DNA of 64,000 nt. It comes from Eubacteriales bacterium (GTDB taxonomy: Bacteria; Bacillota; Clostridia; Oscillospirales; CAG-272). The stretch lies in the NCBI GenBank assembly GCA_045651165.1, contig JAZRRX010000039.1, forward strand, positions 187,866 to 251,865, in the 5' to 3' direction. The notes beneath the pieces are model-generated. The model did no database searches and was not told where the DNA came from. It was given only the letters and a program-made list of their open reading frames with translations. A program made the position numbers and the translations under genes. This document shows, piece after piece, positions 47,510-56,940 of this stretch; the first letter of the stretch is position 1, and each line of letters opens with the position of its first letter.

Positions 47510-48637
47510 ATGTACGCAAATATTGATGCTTATATCGAAAAATTGCTTAATTGTTCAACTCCCGATGCACCAATTTGGAATATTGAAAGCATCCGTCAAG
47601 GAAAAAAGCCACATTGGAATTACATTGATGGATGTATGATTACTTCCCTGCTTGAAATCGGCAGAATTAGTAGCAATCCTAAATATTTTGATTTTGCTGA
47701 AAAATTCATTGACTATTACGTTTTCGATGATGGCACTATTCGTGGCTATGACATTGAAAAGTATAATCTTGATGACTTGAATGAAGGTAGAGTGCTCTTT
47801 GAACTCTATGAAAAGACAGGTAAAGAAAAATATCGTCTTGCAATTGAGCATCAGGCACTCCAACTTAAAGGTCAACCTCGTACATGCACGGGCAACTTCT
47901 GGCACAAATTGATTTATCCAAATCAAATTTGGCTTGATGGTCTTTATATGGCACAGGTATTCAGCACCAAATATCAAAAATATAAAGGAAATAAAGATTA
48001 TTCAGACATTTTGATGCAAATCAAAAATGTTAGAAAGTATATGTTTGATGAAGAGATTGGACTTTATTATCACGGGCTTGATTGTTCAAAATCAATCTTT
48101 TGGGCTGATAAAGAAAGTGGTCTTTCAAAGAATTTCTGGCTTCGTGCAATCGGTTGGTACACTGTTGCTATGATTGACATCATTGAAATTTGCGATGATG
48201 AAGATACAAAGGCAGAAATTTCAAAGATATTTGCAGAGCTTATGCATTCAATTATTCGTTATCGTGATGACAAAAGCAAAATGTACTATCAAGTAGTAAA
48301 TATGGGTGGACGTGAAGGTAATTATCTTGAAACAAGTGGCTCTTCAATGCTTGCTTATGCAATGCTTAAGGGCGCTCGTTTAAATGTTCTTCCCCCTCAG
48401 TTTGCTAACTTTGGCAAGGAAACATTTGATGGTATCTGTGAAAGATATTTGCAAATCAAGGATGACGGTGATTTGAATCTTTCAGGCATTTGTCTTGTTG
48501 CAGGTCTTGGGCCTGAAAATAATACAAGACGTGACGGAAGCTTTGAATACTACATTTCCGAGCCGATAGTCGAGAATGATGCTAAAGGAGTTGCTCCTTT
48601 CATTCTCTGCTATACAGAAATTTTAAGAAATTTATGA
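47510..48637 (+). CDS. Glycoside hydrolase family 105 (unsaturated rhamnogalacturonyl/galacturonyl hydrolase, YteR/YesR-like)
   Basis: IWLDGLYMAQVF and FWLRAIGWY blocks are present. Size and genomic context fit. Confidence 0.85.
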   Translation: MYANIDAYIEKLLNCSTPDAPIWNIESIRQGKKPHWNYIDGCMITSLLEIGRISSNPKYFDFAEKFIDYYVFDDGTIRGYDIEKYNLDDLNEGRVLFELYEKTGKEKYRLAIEHQALQLKGQPRTCTGNFWHKLIYPNQIWLDGLYMAQVFSTKYQKYKGNKDYSDILMQIKNVRKYMFDEEIGLYYHGLDCSKSIFWADKESGLSKNFWLRAIGWYTVAMIDIIEICDDEDTKAEISKIFAELMHSIIRYRDDKSKMYYQVVNMGGREGNYLETSGSSMLAYAMLKGARLNVLPPQFANFGKETFDGICERYLQIKDDGDLNLSGICLVAGLGPENNTRRDGSFEYYISEPIVENDAKGVAPFILCYTEILRNL

Positions 48638-48650
48638 TTCAGGTAAAAAT

Positions 48651-49514
48651 ATGAAATTGATGATTCGCGCACATGACCTTTCGGTTAAAGGCGCAGAAAA
48701 TATTAATAATAAATTGTGTGAGTTGGGGCTTGACGGAGTTCAACTCGTCGTTTATAAATCCATTGAGGGTGTTTCCTACTCTCAAGGTCAACTTTCACAC
48801 GAGCAAGCGCGAGAAATTGCTCAAGCTATCAAGAAAAATGGTAAGGATATTGCTCTTATCGGGGCATATTTCAATCCAGTTCATCCCAACATCGCTAAAA
48901 TTGATAATGGTATTGCGGTTTTTAAAGATTACTTATCTTTAGCTAAAGATATTGGCTGCGATTACGTTGGAAGCGAAACAGGTTCATATAATGGTGACCC
49001 CTGGATATATCACCCAATGAATCACTCGGATGAAGCTCTTGACAGAGTTGTTGATACATTCTCTTCTCTTGCTGAATTTGCAGAATCTTGTGGTGTGAAT
49101 ATCGCTATGGAGGGTGCATTCGGTCATGTTTGCCACACGCCCGAGCGACTTTATGAAGCCGTTCAAAGAATAGGTAAAAATAATATAAAATTTATTTTTG
49201 ACTTGTATAATTATCTCGATATTTCAAATGTAGATAATGCTTATGATATATTAGACAGAGGAATTTCACTCTTGGGTAACAAAATTCTTCTTTTCCACAT
49301 TAAAGATTTTGTTATTGAAGAAAACAAGTTAAAACAATGTGGTGTTGGCAAAGGTGTTCTTGATTTTGATAGAATACTCAATGCTATATATAAACTTAAC
49401 CCAAATGCAATATTGGTATTGGAGGGTACTGTTGGTGATGATCTTCCCTTTGCAGTATCCTATTTGAAAGATAAAATCAACAAAATTGAAATGGCGCATA
49501 GCGTCAATCAGTAA
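48651..49514 (+). CDS. Sugar phosphate isomerase/epimerase (xylose-isomerase-like TIM barrel) family protein
   Basis: 287 aa with alternating beta/alpha pattern. Blocks GLDGVQL, IAMEG and LFHIKD are typical of the AP-endonuclease-2/TIM family. Confidence 0.65.
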   Translation: MKLMIRAHDLSVKGAENINNKLCELGLDGVQLVVYKSIEGVSYSQGQLSHEQAREIAQAIKKNGKDIALIGAYFNPVHPNIAKIDNGIAVFKDYLSLAKDIGCDYVGSETGSYNGDPWIYHPMNHSDEALDRVVDTFSSLAEFAESCGVNIAMEGAFGHVCHTPERLYEAVQRIGKNNIKFIFDLYNYLDISNVDNAYDILDRGISLLGNKILLFHIKDFVIEENKLKQCGVGKGVLDFDRILNAIYKLNPNAILVLEGTVGDDLPFAVSYLKDKINKIEMAHSVNQ

Positions 49515-49523
49515 AGGAGTATT

Positions 49524-50609
49524 ATGGCATACTTATCTCTTAAAGAAATTAACAAAATTTATCCCAACGGTTTCCATGCCGTTCACAACTTCAACCTTGA
49601 GATCGAACAAGGAGAATTTATAGTTTTCGTTGGTCCTTCAGGATGCGGAAAATCTACAACTCTTCGTATGATCGCAGGTCTTGAAGATATAAGCAAGGGA
49701 GAATTTTACATAGACGGCAAATATGCCAATGAAATGCGTCCCAGAGAGCGTGGCGTTGCGATGGTTTTCCAAAGTTATGCGCTTTATCCCCATCTTTCTG
49801 TTTATGATAATCTTGCGTTTGGTCTTTCACTCCAAGGTGTTGATGATGACATTATAGAAGAAAAGGTATTGGCTACTGCTAAAATACTTGGTCTTACAGA
49901 TTATCTTGACAGAAAGCCAAGAGCTCTTTCAGGTGGTCAGCGTCAAAGAGTTGCTGTTGGTCGTGCTATCATTCGTAAGGTTGGTATCTTCCTTATGGAC
50001 GAGCCCTTGTCAAACCTTGATGCAAAGCAGCGTGTAACTATGCGTTCTGAAATTACTGATATTCATAGAAAAGTTGGTTCAACAACAATCTACGTTACTC
50101 ATGACCAAACTGAAGCTATGACTATGGCTGACAGAATTGTCGTTATGAAAGACGGTTATATCCAACAGGTAGGTCGTCCCTATGACCTTTACTTCAAGCC
50201 CGTTAACCTTTTCGTTGCAGGATTTATTGGCGAGCCCCCTATGAACTTCGTACGTACAACTGTTAATAATCGTTGCGTTGAAATTGCCGGCGCTAAACAC
50301 GATCTCTCTTTGATTGTTGGTGATGCTATTGACGCTTATGATGGTAAGGATATAGTACTTGGCTTCCGTCCCGAAGCAATTTCTCTTGCAGATGTAGCAA
50401 ACTCATTTAAGTTCTCTGCTGAAGTTGAACTTACTGAGCTTCTTGGTGACAACACAAATGTTTATGTTGATATGCTTGGAAATAAGGTTATCCTTAAGGT
50501 TGATCCACACGATACTCCAAAAATGGATACAAAAATTTCTTTCTGTGTTCCTCACAATAGTGTTTATCTCTTTGATGCGGAAACCGAAGATGTTATCAAT
50601 GAATATTAA
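49524..50609 (+). CDS. Second MalK/MsmK-type sugar ABC transporter ATP-binding protein (canonical length)
   Basis: GPSGCGKST, LSGGQRQR, FLMDEPLSNLDA and YVTHDQ are present. RBS AAGGAG precedes the start. It is the last gene of the operon. Confidence 0.95.
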   Translation: MAYLSLKEINKIYPNGFHAVHNFNLEIEQGEFIVFVGPSGCGKSTTLRMIAGLEDISKGEFYIDGKYANEMRPRERGVAMVFQSYALYPHLSVYDNLAFGLSLQGVDDDIIEEKVLATAKILGLTDYLDRKPRALSGGQRQRVAVGRAIIRKVGIFLMDEPLSNLDAKQRVTMRSEITDIHRKVGSTTIYVTHDQTEAMTMADRIVVMKDGYIQQVGRPYDLYFKPVNLFVAGFIGEPPMNFVRTTVNNRCVEIAGAKHDLSLIVGDAIDAYDGKDIVLGFRPEAISLADVANSFKFSAEVELTELLGDNTNVYVDMLGNKVILKVDPHDTPKMDTKISFCVPHNSVYLFDAETEDVINEY

Positions 50610-50620
50610 TACTTAAATAA

Positions 50621-50652
50621 AAAAGCAGGTGGCATTAAGCCACCTACTTTTT
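50621..50652. terminator. Bidirectional terminator between the pectin ABC operon and uxaC
   Basis: A-run, stem AGGTGGC / GCCACCT, then TTTTT. Confidence 0.8.
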
Positions 50653-50661
50653 GTGTTTATA

Positions 50662-52020
50662 TTAGAAATTAAAATATCTGAGTGCGTTGTGATAACAGAT
50701 ACCTGAAACGATTTCAGTAAGAGTATCCATATCTGCAGGATATTCACCCTCATCAACCCATTTACCAATGAGGTTACAAAGTATTCTTCTAAAATACTCA
50801 TGACGAGGATAAGAAACGAATGAACGGCTATCAGTAAGCATACCTACAAAACGAGCAAGCATACCAAGATTTGCAAGTGCCTGCATTTGTCCTTCCATTC
50901 CATCTCTTTGGTCATTGAACCACCATCCAGAACCGAACTGAATCTTTCCTGCAACGGGAGCCTTTTGGAAGTTACCAAGCATTGTTCCAAGAACGTAATT
51001 ATCCTTGGGATTAAGTGTATAGAGAATTGTTTTAGGAAGAACGTCTCTATACTCAAGAGAGTCCATAAACTTAGAAAGATTTTCAGCTATGCAAAGGTCA
51101 TTGATGGAGTCAAAACCAACATCTGCACCGAGCTTTTCGTACATTCTTCTATTGTTGTTACGAAGAGCACCGATGTGAAGCTGCATTGCCCAACCAAGTT
51201 TTGTATATTCTTCAGCACATACTGTAAGCATTGCTGTCTTGAATGCATCAATTTCCTCATTTGTGAGTGTTTCGCCAGCCATTCTCTTGTTGAATGCTGC
51301 TTCTGCATCACCAATTCCGAAAGGAACATATTCAAGCGCGTGGTCAGAAAGACGGCAACCGTGATCGTGGAAGAAGTGAATTCTTGCTCTCATCCAATCA
51401 ACGAGTTCACCATATGTCTTAACACCTGTCTGCTCAATATAAGGAATGAATGTTTCTTTGCCAATTTCCACTGCCTTATCAGGACGGAATGTGGGCAAAA
51501 TCTTTGTTTCAAAGTTTACAAGTTGTTCGTGATATTCAAGTGTATCAAGAGGATCATCAGTTGTGCAAATAATTGCAACGTTTGAACGCTTAATAAGATT
51601 TTGTGCGCTATATTCATCCTTTGCAAGGCACTCATTTACTCTATTCCAAATCCTTTCACAGCTTTCTTCGTTAAGAGTTTCATCGATATCGAAGTATCTC
51701 TTAAGTTCGAGGTGTGTCCAATGGTAGAGTGGGTTGCCGATAAGATAAGGAACTGTTCTTGCAAATGCTTTGAACTTTTCATATTCATCAGCGCCACCTG
51801 TAATATATTCTTCATCAACACCATTTGTTCTCATCTGACGCCACTTATAGTGGTCACCACCGAGGAAGAGGTCAAATGCATTTCTAAATTTGTAGTCCTC
51901 TGCAATCATCTTTGGAGAAAGATGGCAGTGGTAGTCAATAATGGGAAGATCCTTTACCGCATCATAAAGCTTTCTTGCGGTTTCTGTTTTAAGCATAAAA
52001 TTTTCATTAATAAAACTCAT
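50662..52020 (-). CDS. uxaC: Glucuronate (uronate) isomerase
   Basis: The N-terminal MSFINENFMLKTETARKLYDAVKDLPIIDYHCHLSPK is a textbook UxaC sequence. Confidence 0.95.
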   Translation of the reverse strand: MSFINENFMLKTETARKLYDAVKDLPIIDYHCHLSPKMIAEDYKFRNAFDLFLGGDHYKWRQMRTNGVDEEYITGGADEYEKFKAFARTVPYLIGNPLYHWTHLELKRYFDIDETLNEESCERIWNRVNECLAKDEYSAQNLIKRSNVAIICTTDDPLDTLEYHEQLVNFETKILPTFRPDKAVEIGKETFIPYIEQTGVKTYGELVDWMRARIHFFHDHGCRLSDHALEYVPFGIGDAEAAFNKRMAGETLTNEEIDAFKTAMLTVCAEEYTKLGWAMQLHIGALRNNNRRMYEKLGADVGFDSINDLCIAENLSKFMDSLEYRDVLPKTILYTLNPKDNYVLGTMLGNFQKAPVAGKIQFGSGWWFNDQRDGMEGQMQALANLGMLARFVGMLTDSRSFVSYPRHEYFRRILCNLIGKWVDEGEYPADMDTLTEIVSGICYHNALRYFNF

Positions 52021-53387
52021 AATGTTACACCGTCCTTAAATATTGAAATTTCGCGATAGGAGTGCTGTTCATTCTTAGTTTGCTCTCCTTCTGCAACTTT
52101 AAGTATGTATTCAAACAATTCATTTGTCAAAGGATTACCCTCAAGCGTAGGAGAAGCATCAAAGTCAATCCAATTTGATTTTCTCTCGGCAAGAGAATGA
52201 TTTGTTGCAATCTTAACAGTAGGAACTGGACCACCAACGGGTGTTCCACGTCCTGTTGTGAAAAGAATAATATGTACGCCCGCGGCAGTAAGATTTGTTA
52301 TTGCCACTATGTCATTACCTGGTCCGTTAAGAAGTGAAAGACCATTCTTTGAGATAACGTCACCGTAATCAAGAACATCAACTACCTTTGAAAGACCGCC
52401 CTTTTGAATGCATCCGAGAGATTTTTCTTCAAGTGTGCTAATACCACCCTTCTTATTTCCTGGAGAAGGATTTTCATAGATTACCTGATTATGTCTTGTA
52501 TAATAGTCTTTAAAATCGTTGATAAGTTTAACACACTTGTCAAAGATTTCTTCGTTCTCTGCTCTTGCCATCAAAAGATGTTCTGCACCGAACATTTCGG
52601 GAACTTCAGTAAGAACACAGCTACCTCCACTTGCAATTACCTTATCAGAAAGACGACCAACAAGGGGATTTGCGGTAATTCCGCTATATCCATCACTACC
52701 ACCACATTTAAGACCAATCTTAAGCTTGGAAACGGGCACGGGCTGTCTTTCAAATGTATTTGCATAGTCTTGAAGCTCACGTACTAAGCGAATACCCTCT
52801 GCAACATCATCGTTAAAATCTTGTGCATTAAGGAATTTCACTCTATTTTCATTAACAGGTCCTAAAACCTTTTTGAAAACATCAATATTGTTATTTTCAC
52901 AACCAAGACCAAGTACAAGCACACCACCTGCATTTGGATGATTTACAAGTCCACGAAGAACGAGCTGTGTTGTGCTTTGGTCATCACCAAGCTGTGAACA
53001 ACCAAAAGGATGAGGAAAATGAAGGGCGCCGGTTTCTTTTGCAATCTGCTCGGCAACCTTGTTTACGCAACCAACGGTTACAATAATCCAAACATCATTT
53101 CTAATACCAACATCGCCATTTTCTCTTACATATCCCATAAATGTGCGACTCTTGTCTTCTTCGTCTATGTCATAGAAAGTAGGCTCGTAAGTATATTCAA
53201 GATTGCCTGAAAGGTTTGTCTTGATGTTATGATTATGCACATGCTCACCCTTAGCTATATCAACTATAGCATGTCCTATTGGGTTTCCATATTTTATAAT
53301 GTTTTCACCAGCCTTTATGTCACGGAGAGCATATTTATGCCCGTCTTCAAGGTTGATGTCAACGTTATCTAATTTGTTAATTAACAT
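52017..53387 (-). CDS. uxaA: Altronate dehydratase (UxaA family)
   Basis: An N-terminal SAF-like block is present (KYALRDIKAGENIIKYGNPIGHA...GEHVHNHN). ATGA overlaps uxaC. Confidence 0.9.
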   Translation of the reverse strand: MLINKLDNVDINLEDGHKYALRDIKAGENIIKYGNPIGHAIVDIAKGEHVHNHNIKTNLSGNLEYTYEPTFYDIDEEDKSRTFMGYVRENGDVGIRNDVWIIVTVGCVNKVAEQIAKETGALHFPHPFGCSQLGDDQSTTQLVLRGLVNHPNAGGVLVLGLGCENNNIDVFKKVLGPVNENRVKFLNAQDFNDDVAEGIRLVRELQDYANTFERQPVPVSKLKIGLKCGGSDGYSGITANPLVGRLSDKVIASGGSCVLTEVPEMFGAEHLLMARAENEEIFDKCVKLINDFKDYYTRHNQVIYENPSPGNKKGGISTLEEKSLGCIQKGGLSKVVDVLDYGDVISKNGLSLLNGPGNDIVAITNLTAAGVHIILFTTGRGTPVGGPVPTVKIATNHSLAERKSNWIDFDASPTLEGNPLTNELFEYILKVAEGEQTKNEQHSYREISIFKDGVTL

Positions 53388-54661
53388 TTTTCAATCTCCT
53401 CTGCAAGGAAGGACAAATCCTGTCCCCAAAAATCAATGTTTGCAAGGATTTCACGTGTGTTATGGTTCTTCATAAACTCAATAACCTCGGGTGCGTCCTG
53501 AGGCATATCAGTCTTATAGAACTCAATGAGTTTTGCAAACGCAAAGATGAGTGTTTCGGGCATCTTATTATATCTCTTAATATATTCAAGAATTGAAGGA
53601 AGAACTCTAACCTTGAATTTGCTTACTGAGTTAAGAGAAATAGCAGAAAGATAGTGCTTGATATATGGGTTGCCAAATCTTTCAACTACGCTATTTGCAT
53701 AAGCCAAAAGTTCATCTTTGGGAAGATCGAGTGTAGGGCAAATCTCATCAAATACGCATCTGCGAAGATGAGCGCACATTTTTTCATCGTCAATACAGCT
53801 CTTAACTGTATCAAAGCCCTCAAGCATAGCATAAGGAACAAGTGACGTGTGCGCACCGTTAAGAATGCGAACCTTTCTTGTTCTATACATTTCAAGCTTA
53901 TCCTTAGTAACTATAACATTAAGTCCAGCTGAAGCAAAAGGAATTTCACTTTCAAGGTCATGCTCTGTTTCGATTACCCAAAGGTGGAAGAATTCGCTTG
54001 TGTTAAGCATATTGTCTTCATATCCAAGACCAAGGTCTTCACCTCTTGGGAAACCTGTATTAATTCTATCAACCAATGTATTCGTAAATACGTTTTCATT
54101 TTCTATCCAAGCGCAGAAATCTTCACCGAGATTCCAAAGCTCTGCATATTTAATAATGCATTTCTTAAGGTTATCACCATTTCTATCGATAAGCTCACAA
54201 GGAAGGAAAATAAAACCGCCAAGTCCAAGCTCAAATCTTCTCTTAAGAAGAAGCGTTACCTTTGCAGGAAATGTTTTGGGAGGAGCATCTGTTATTTTAT
54301 CCTCATCAGAGAAAACAATGCCTGATTCAGTAGTATTTGATACTACAAAACGAAAATCGGGATTCTCTGCAAGTGCAAGATATGCGCTAAAATCTTCATA
54401 GGGCTTTACGCAACGAGAAATAACATCAACAACAGTTGTATCAACACCTTCTACACCACGAATAACGTGTGTATATACACAATTCTGTGCAGAAAGCATA
54501 TCGCACATACCCATCTCAATTGGCTGGACAACAACTACGTTACCGTTAAAATTAGAGCTTTCATTTACCTTTTGAAGCATCCAATCTACAAATCCACGAA
54601 GAAATCCACCCTCACCAAATTGAATTACTCTTTCGGGTCTAATGGTCTTTTCAAAATCCAT
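53381..54661 (-). CDS. uxaB: Tagaturonate reductase (altronate oxidoreductase; mannitol dehydrogenase family)
   Basis: RVIQFGEGGFLRGFVDWM is present. It overlaps uxaA by 7 nt. RBS GGGAGGA precedes the start. Confidence 0.85.
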   Translation of the reverse strand: MDFEKTIRPERVIQFGEGGFLRGFVDWMLQKVNESSNFNGNVVVVQPIEMGMCDMLSAQNCVYTHVIRGVEGVDTTVVDVISRCVKPYEDFSAYLALAENPDFRFVVSNTTESGIVFSDEDKITDAPPKTFPAKVTLLLKRRFELGLGGFIFLPCELIDRNGDNLKKCIIKYAELWNLGEDFCAWIENENVFTNTLVDRINTGFPRGEDLGLGYEDNMLNTSEFFHLWVIETEHDLESEIPFASAGLNVIVTKDKLEMYRTRKVRILNGAHTSLVPYAMLEGFDTVKSCIDDEKMCAHLRRCVFDEICPTLDLPKDELLAYANSVVERFGNPYIKHYLSAISLNSVSKFKVRVLPSILEYIKRYNKMPETLIFAFAKLIEFYKTDMPQDAPEVIEFMKNHNTREILANIDFWGQDLSFLAEEIEKC

Positions 54662-54704
54662 AGTAAAATCCTCCCTTTTAATAAAAAAGATTTAAAATTT
54701 AATA

Positions 54705-54839
54705 TCAAAAAAATCTTGCCATTTTTTATTCGGGTATAAATACCCATATATATTTTATACTTATATATAAAGTAACGCCTTAAAAAAATTGCATAATTTA
54801 ACAAAGTATCTTGATTTTTTTGATATATAGTGCTATAAT
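54705..54839. promoter_or_regulatory. Divergent uxaB / araC control region: two 14-mer sites, one palindrome and the araC promoter
   Basis: TCAAAAAAATCTTG lies at 54705-54718 (+). The palindrome GGGTAT-AA-ATACCC lies at 54732-54745. CTTGATTTTTTTGA lies at 54810-54823 and contains the -35 hexamer TTGATT (54811-54816). After a 17-nt spacer comes TGCTATAAT, with the -10 at 54834-54839. Confidence 0.5.
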
Positions 54840-54869
54840 ATCTTTAATATTATGATGGAGAGTATATTT

Positions 54870-55694
54870 ATGACTGCTAATCTTTTAAAAAACAATGAGG
54901 ATTTCTATTTTCATCGCGTAGAAAACAAAACGTGTTCTAACTCCACATTACACTTCCATTCTGGATTTGAACTCTATTATATGAGAGAGGGCAAATGCCA
55001 CTATGTTATTGATGACAATTCGTTTGATATAGTATCCGGTGACGTTATTCTCATTCCCTCTGGCACAGTGCATGGAACTAATTATGGCTCAAAACCTTGC
55101 ACAAGATTACTTATTAATTTTCCCGAAAACTTTATTACACCAGAAATACTTTCGACAATAAAATCAATTGGGTATATTTATAAAAATCCCGAAACTATAC
55201 CTGCCATTAACGAATTGTTCTATTTGATTGAACAAGAGTATTTAAGAAATGATTTTCTTTCTTATTCAGCATTAAAAGCATATACCGAAGGTATTTTAAT
55301 GATTATGATAAGAAAAAGCAAACAAATTGATAATACTAGAAATTCTATTGTAGACACTGCAGTTAAATACATTCAGGAAAATTACACCTCAACTATACGC
55401 TTGGCTGATGTTGCAAAAATGTTATCTGTAAGTGAAGAACATCTATCTCGTATTTTCAAAAAGGAAATTACTTTTGGATTTAGTGAATACATAACGCTCA
55501 TCAGATTGCAAAAAGCAGAACATATGCTCAAAAACGAGCCCAGCCGTGCAGTTACTGAAGTCGCATATGCTTGTGGATTCAATGACAGTAATTATTTCTC
55601 ATATAAATTTAAAAAAGCATATGGTATCACACCATCACAACTCAGAGATGGAAAAGAAATGGATAACCCTCAACCACCCAACTACACTAACTAA
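54870..55694 (+). CDS. AraC-family transcriptional regulator (cupin plus HTH)
   Basis: The HTH blocks are LADVAKMLSVSEEHLSRIFKKEITFGF and GFNDSNYFSYKFKKAYGITPSQLR. The start is set at ATG 54870, with GGAGAG 7 nt upstream. Confidence 0.9.
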   Translation: MTANLLKNNEDFYFHRVENKTCSNSTLHFHSGFELYYMREGKCHYVIDDNSFDIVSGDVILIPSGTVHGTNYGSKPCTRLLINFPENFITPEILSTIKSIGYIYKNPETIPAINELFYLIEQEYLRNDFLSYSALKAYTEGILMIMIRKSKQIDNTRNSIVDTAVKYIQENYTSTIRLADVAKMLSVSEEHLSRIFKKEITFGFSEYITLIRLQKAEHMLKNEPSRAVTEVAYACGFNDSNYFSYKFKKAYGITPSQLRDGKEMDNPQPPNYTN

Positions 55695-55707
55695 AAAGGA
55701 TTAAAAG

Positions 55708-56688
55708 ATGAAAGATTTACTTTTTGTAATTAATGCAATTCTGCCCATTATTTTAATGATAGTGGTTGGATATTTTTTAAAAAGAATAAAACTTTTAGAG
55801 AATGAGATGGCAAAAAAACTTAACACCTTGGTTTTTCGTCTTTTCTTGCCAATAATGCTATTTCTTAACGTATACAAGATACAAAATTTTTCTGAAATAG
55901 ATTTTGTATTTGTTTGGTATGCAATAGGAATTACCGTACTTCTCTTCTTGGTTGGTATTCCTGTAATGGGAATTATTTTTAAAGACAATCGTCAAAGAAG
56001 CGTTATGCTTCAAGGAATTTTTAGGGCAAACTATGCGCTTGTGGGAATTCCTCTTGCAGAATCACTTTTCGGTGTTGAAGGCAGTATAATGGCATCTTTA
56101 CTCTCTGCTTTTATTGTACCGATATTTAATATTTTGGCGGTAATTTGTTTAACTATATACTCTGCAGGTGATAAGAAGCCAAGCATTTCGGGAGTTTTAA
56201 AAGGTATTGCAAAAAATCCTTTGATAAAAGGAATTTTGTGCGGATTTATCGCACTTGGTATTCGAGCAATTTTTGTTAAGTTCAATATAGATTTTCGTCT
56301 TACTGATATTCCATCTGTATATAAAACTTTGCAAAATCTTTCAAGTGTTGCAACTCCACTTTCTCTTTTGGTGCTTGGTGCGAGATTTGAGCTTTCTGCC
56401 ATTCCCCATCTTAAAAAGCACATAATAATAGGAGTTATAAATCGTGTGGTAATAGTACCCTTTGTAGGCATAGCACTTGCACTTGCAATGAATAGATTTT
56501 CAGGCGCACAATTTGCAAGTTTTATAGCTTGTTTCTGCACTCCCGTCGCAGTTTCAAGTGTTCCTATGTCGCAAGAAATGGGAGCAGATGCTGACCTTAT
56601 GGGGCAGCTCGTTGTATGGACAACCATATTCTCTGCTTTTAGTATTTTTATCGCATCTTACATTTTAAGAGTGTTGGGAATATTCTAA
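55708..56688 (+). CDS. AEC-family (auxin efflux carrier-like) transporter
   Basis: Ten-TM protein with the N-terminal INAILPIILMIVVGYFLKR typical of AEC/malate-permease-like transporters. Confidence 0.8.
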   Translation: MKDLLFVINAILPIILMIVVGYFLKRIKLLENEMAKKLNTLVFRLFLPIMLFLNVYKIQNFSEIDFVFVWYAIGITVLLFLVGIPVMGIIFKDNRQRSVMLQGIFRANYALVGIPLAESLFGVEGSIMASLLSAFIVPIFNILAVICLTIYSAGDKKPSISGVLKGIAKNPLIKGILCGFIALGIRAIFVKFNIDFRLTDIPSVYKTLQNLSSVATPLSLLVLGARFELSAIPHLKKHIIIGVINRVVIVPFVGIALALAMNRFSGAQFASFIACFCTPVAVSSVPMSQEMGADADLMGQLVVWTTIFSAFSIFIASYILRVLGIF

Positions 56689-56704
56689 AAATATCAATAA
56701 AATC

Positions 56705-56731
56705 AAGGTTTTCGCAAGAAAACCTTTTTTT
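56705..56731 (+). terminator. Terminator after the AEC transporter gene
   Basis: Stem AAGGTTTTC / GAAAACCTT followed by TTTTT. Confidence 0.8.
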
Positions 56732-56848
56732 ATAGGTTTTTTAGAAATTAGCATTGTGCAATTTATCAAAAAATATAGTTCTTTTTTTGTAGAAATATGA
56801 GAATTTGTGTTTTTGAGCACTTTTATTATATATTTAATACTAATTTTA

Positions 56849-56877
56849 TTGATTTTTATATTATTTTATGGTAAAAT
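56849..56877 (+). promoter_or_regulatory. Promoter of the pectate lyase gene
   Basis: TTGATT, a 17-nt spacer, then TAAAAT preceded by TGG. Confidence 0.5.
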
Positions 56878-56940
56878 ATAGACAATGGCATAATGTTTTT
56901 TATATTTCACAATTATTGTGCTAAAGAATGGAGGAATTCT

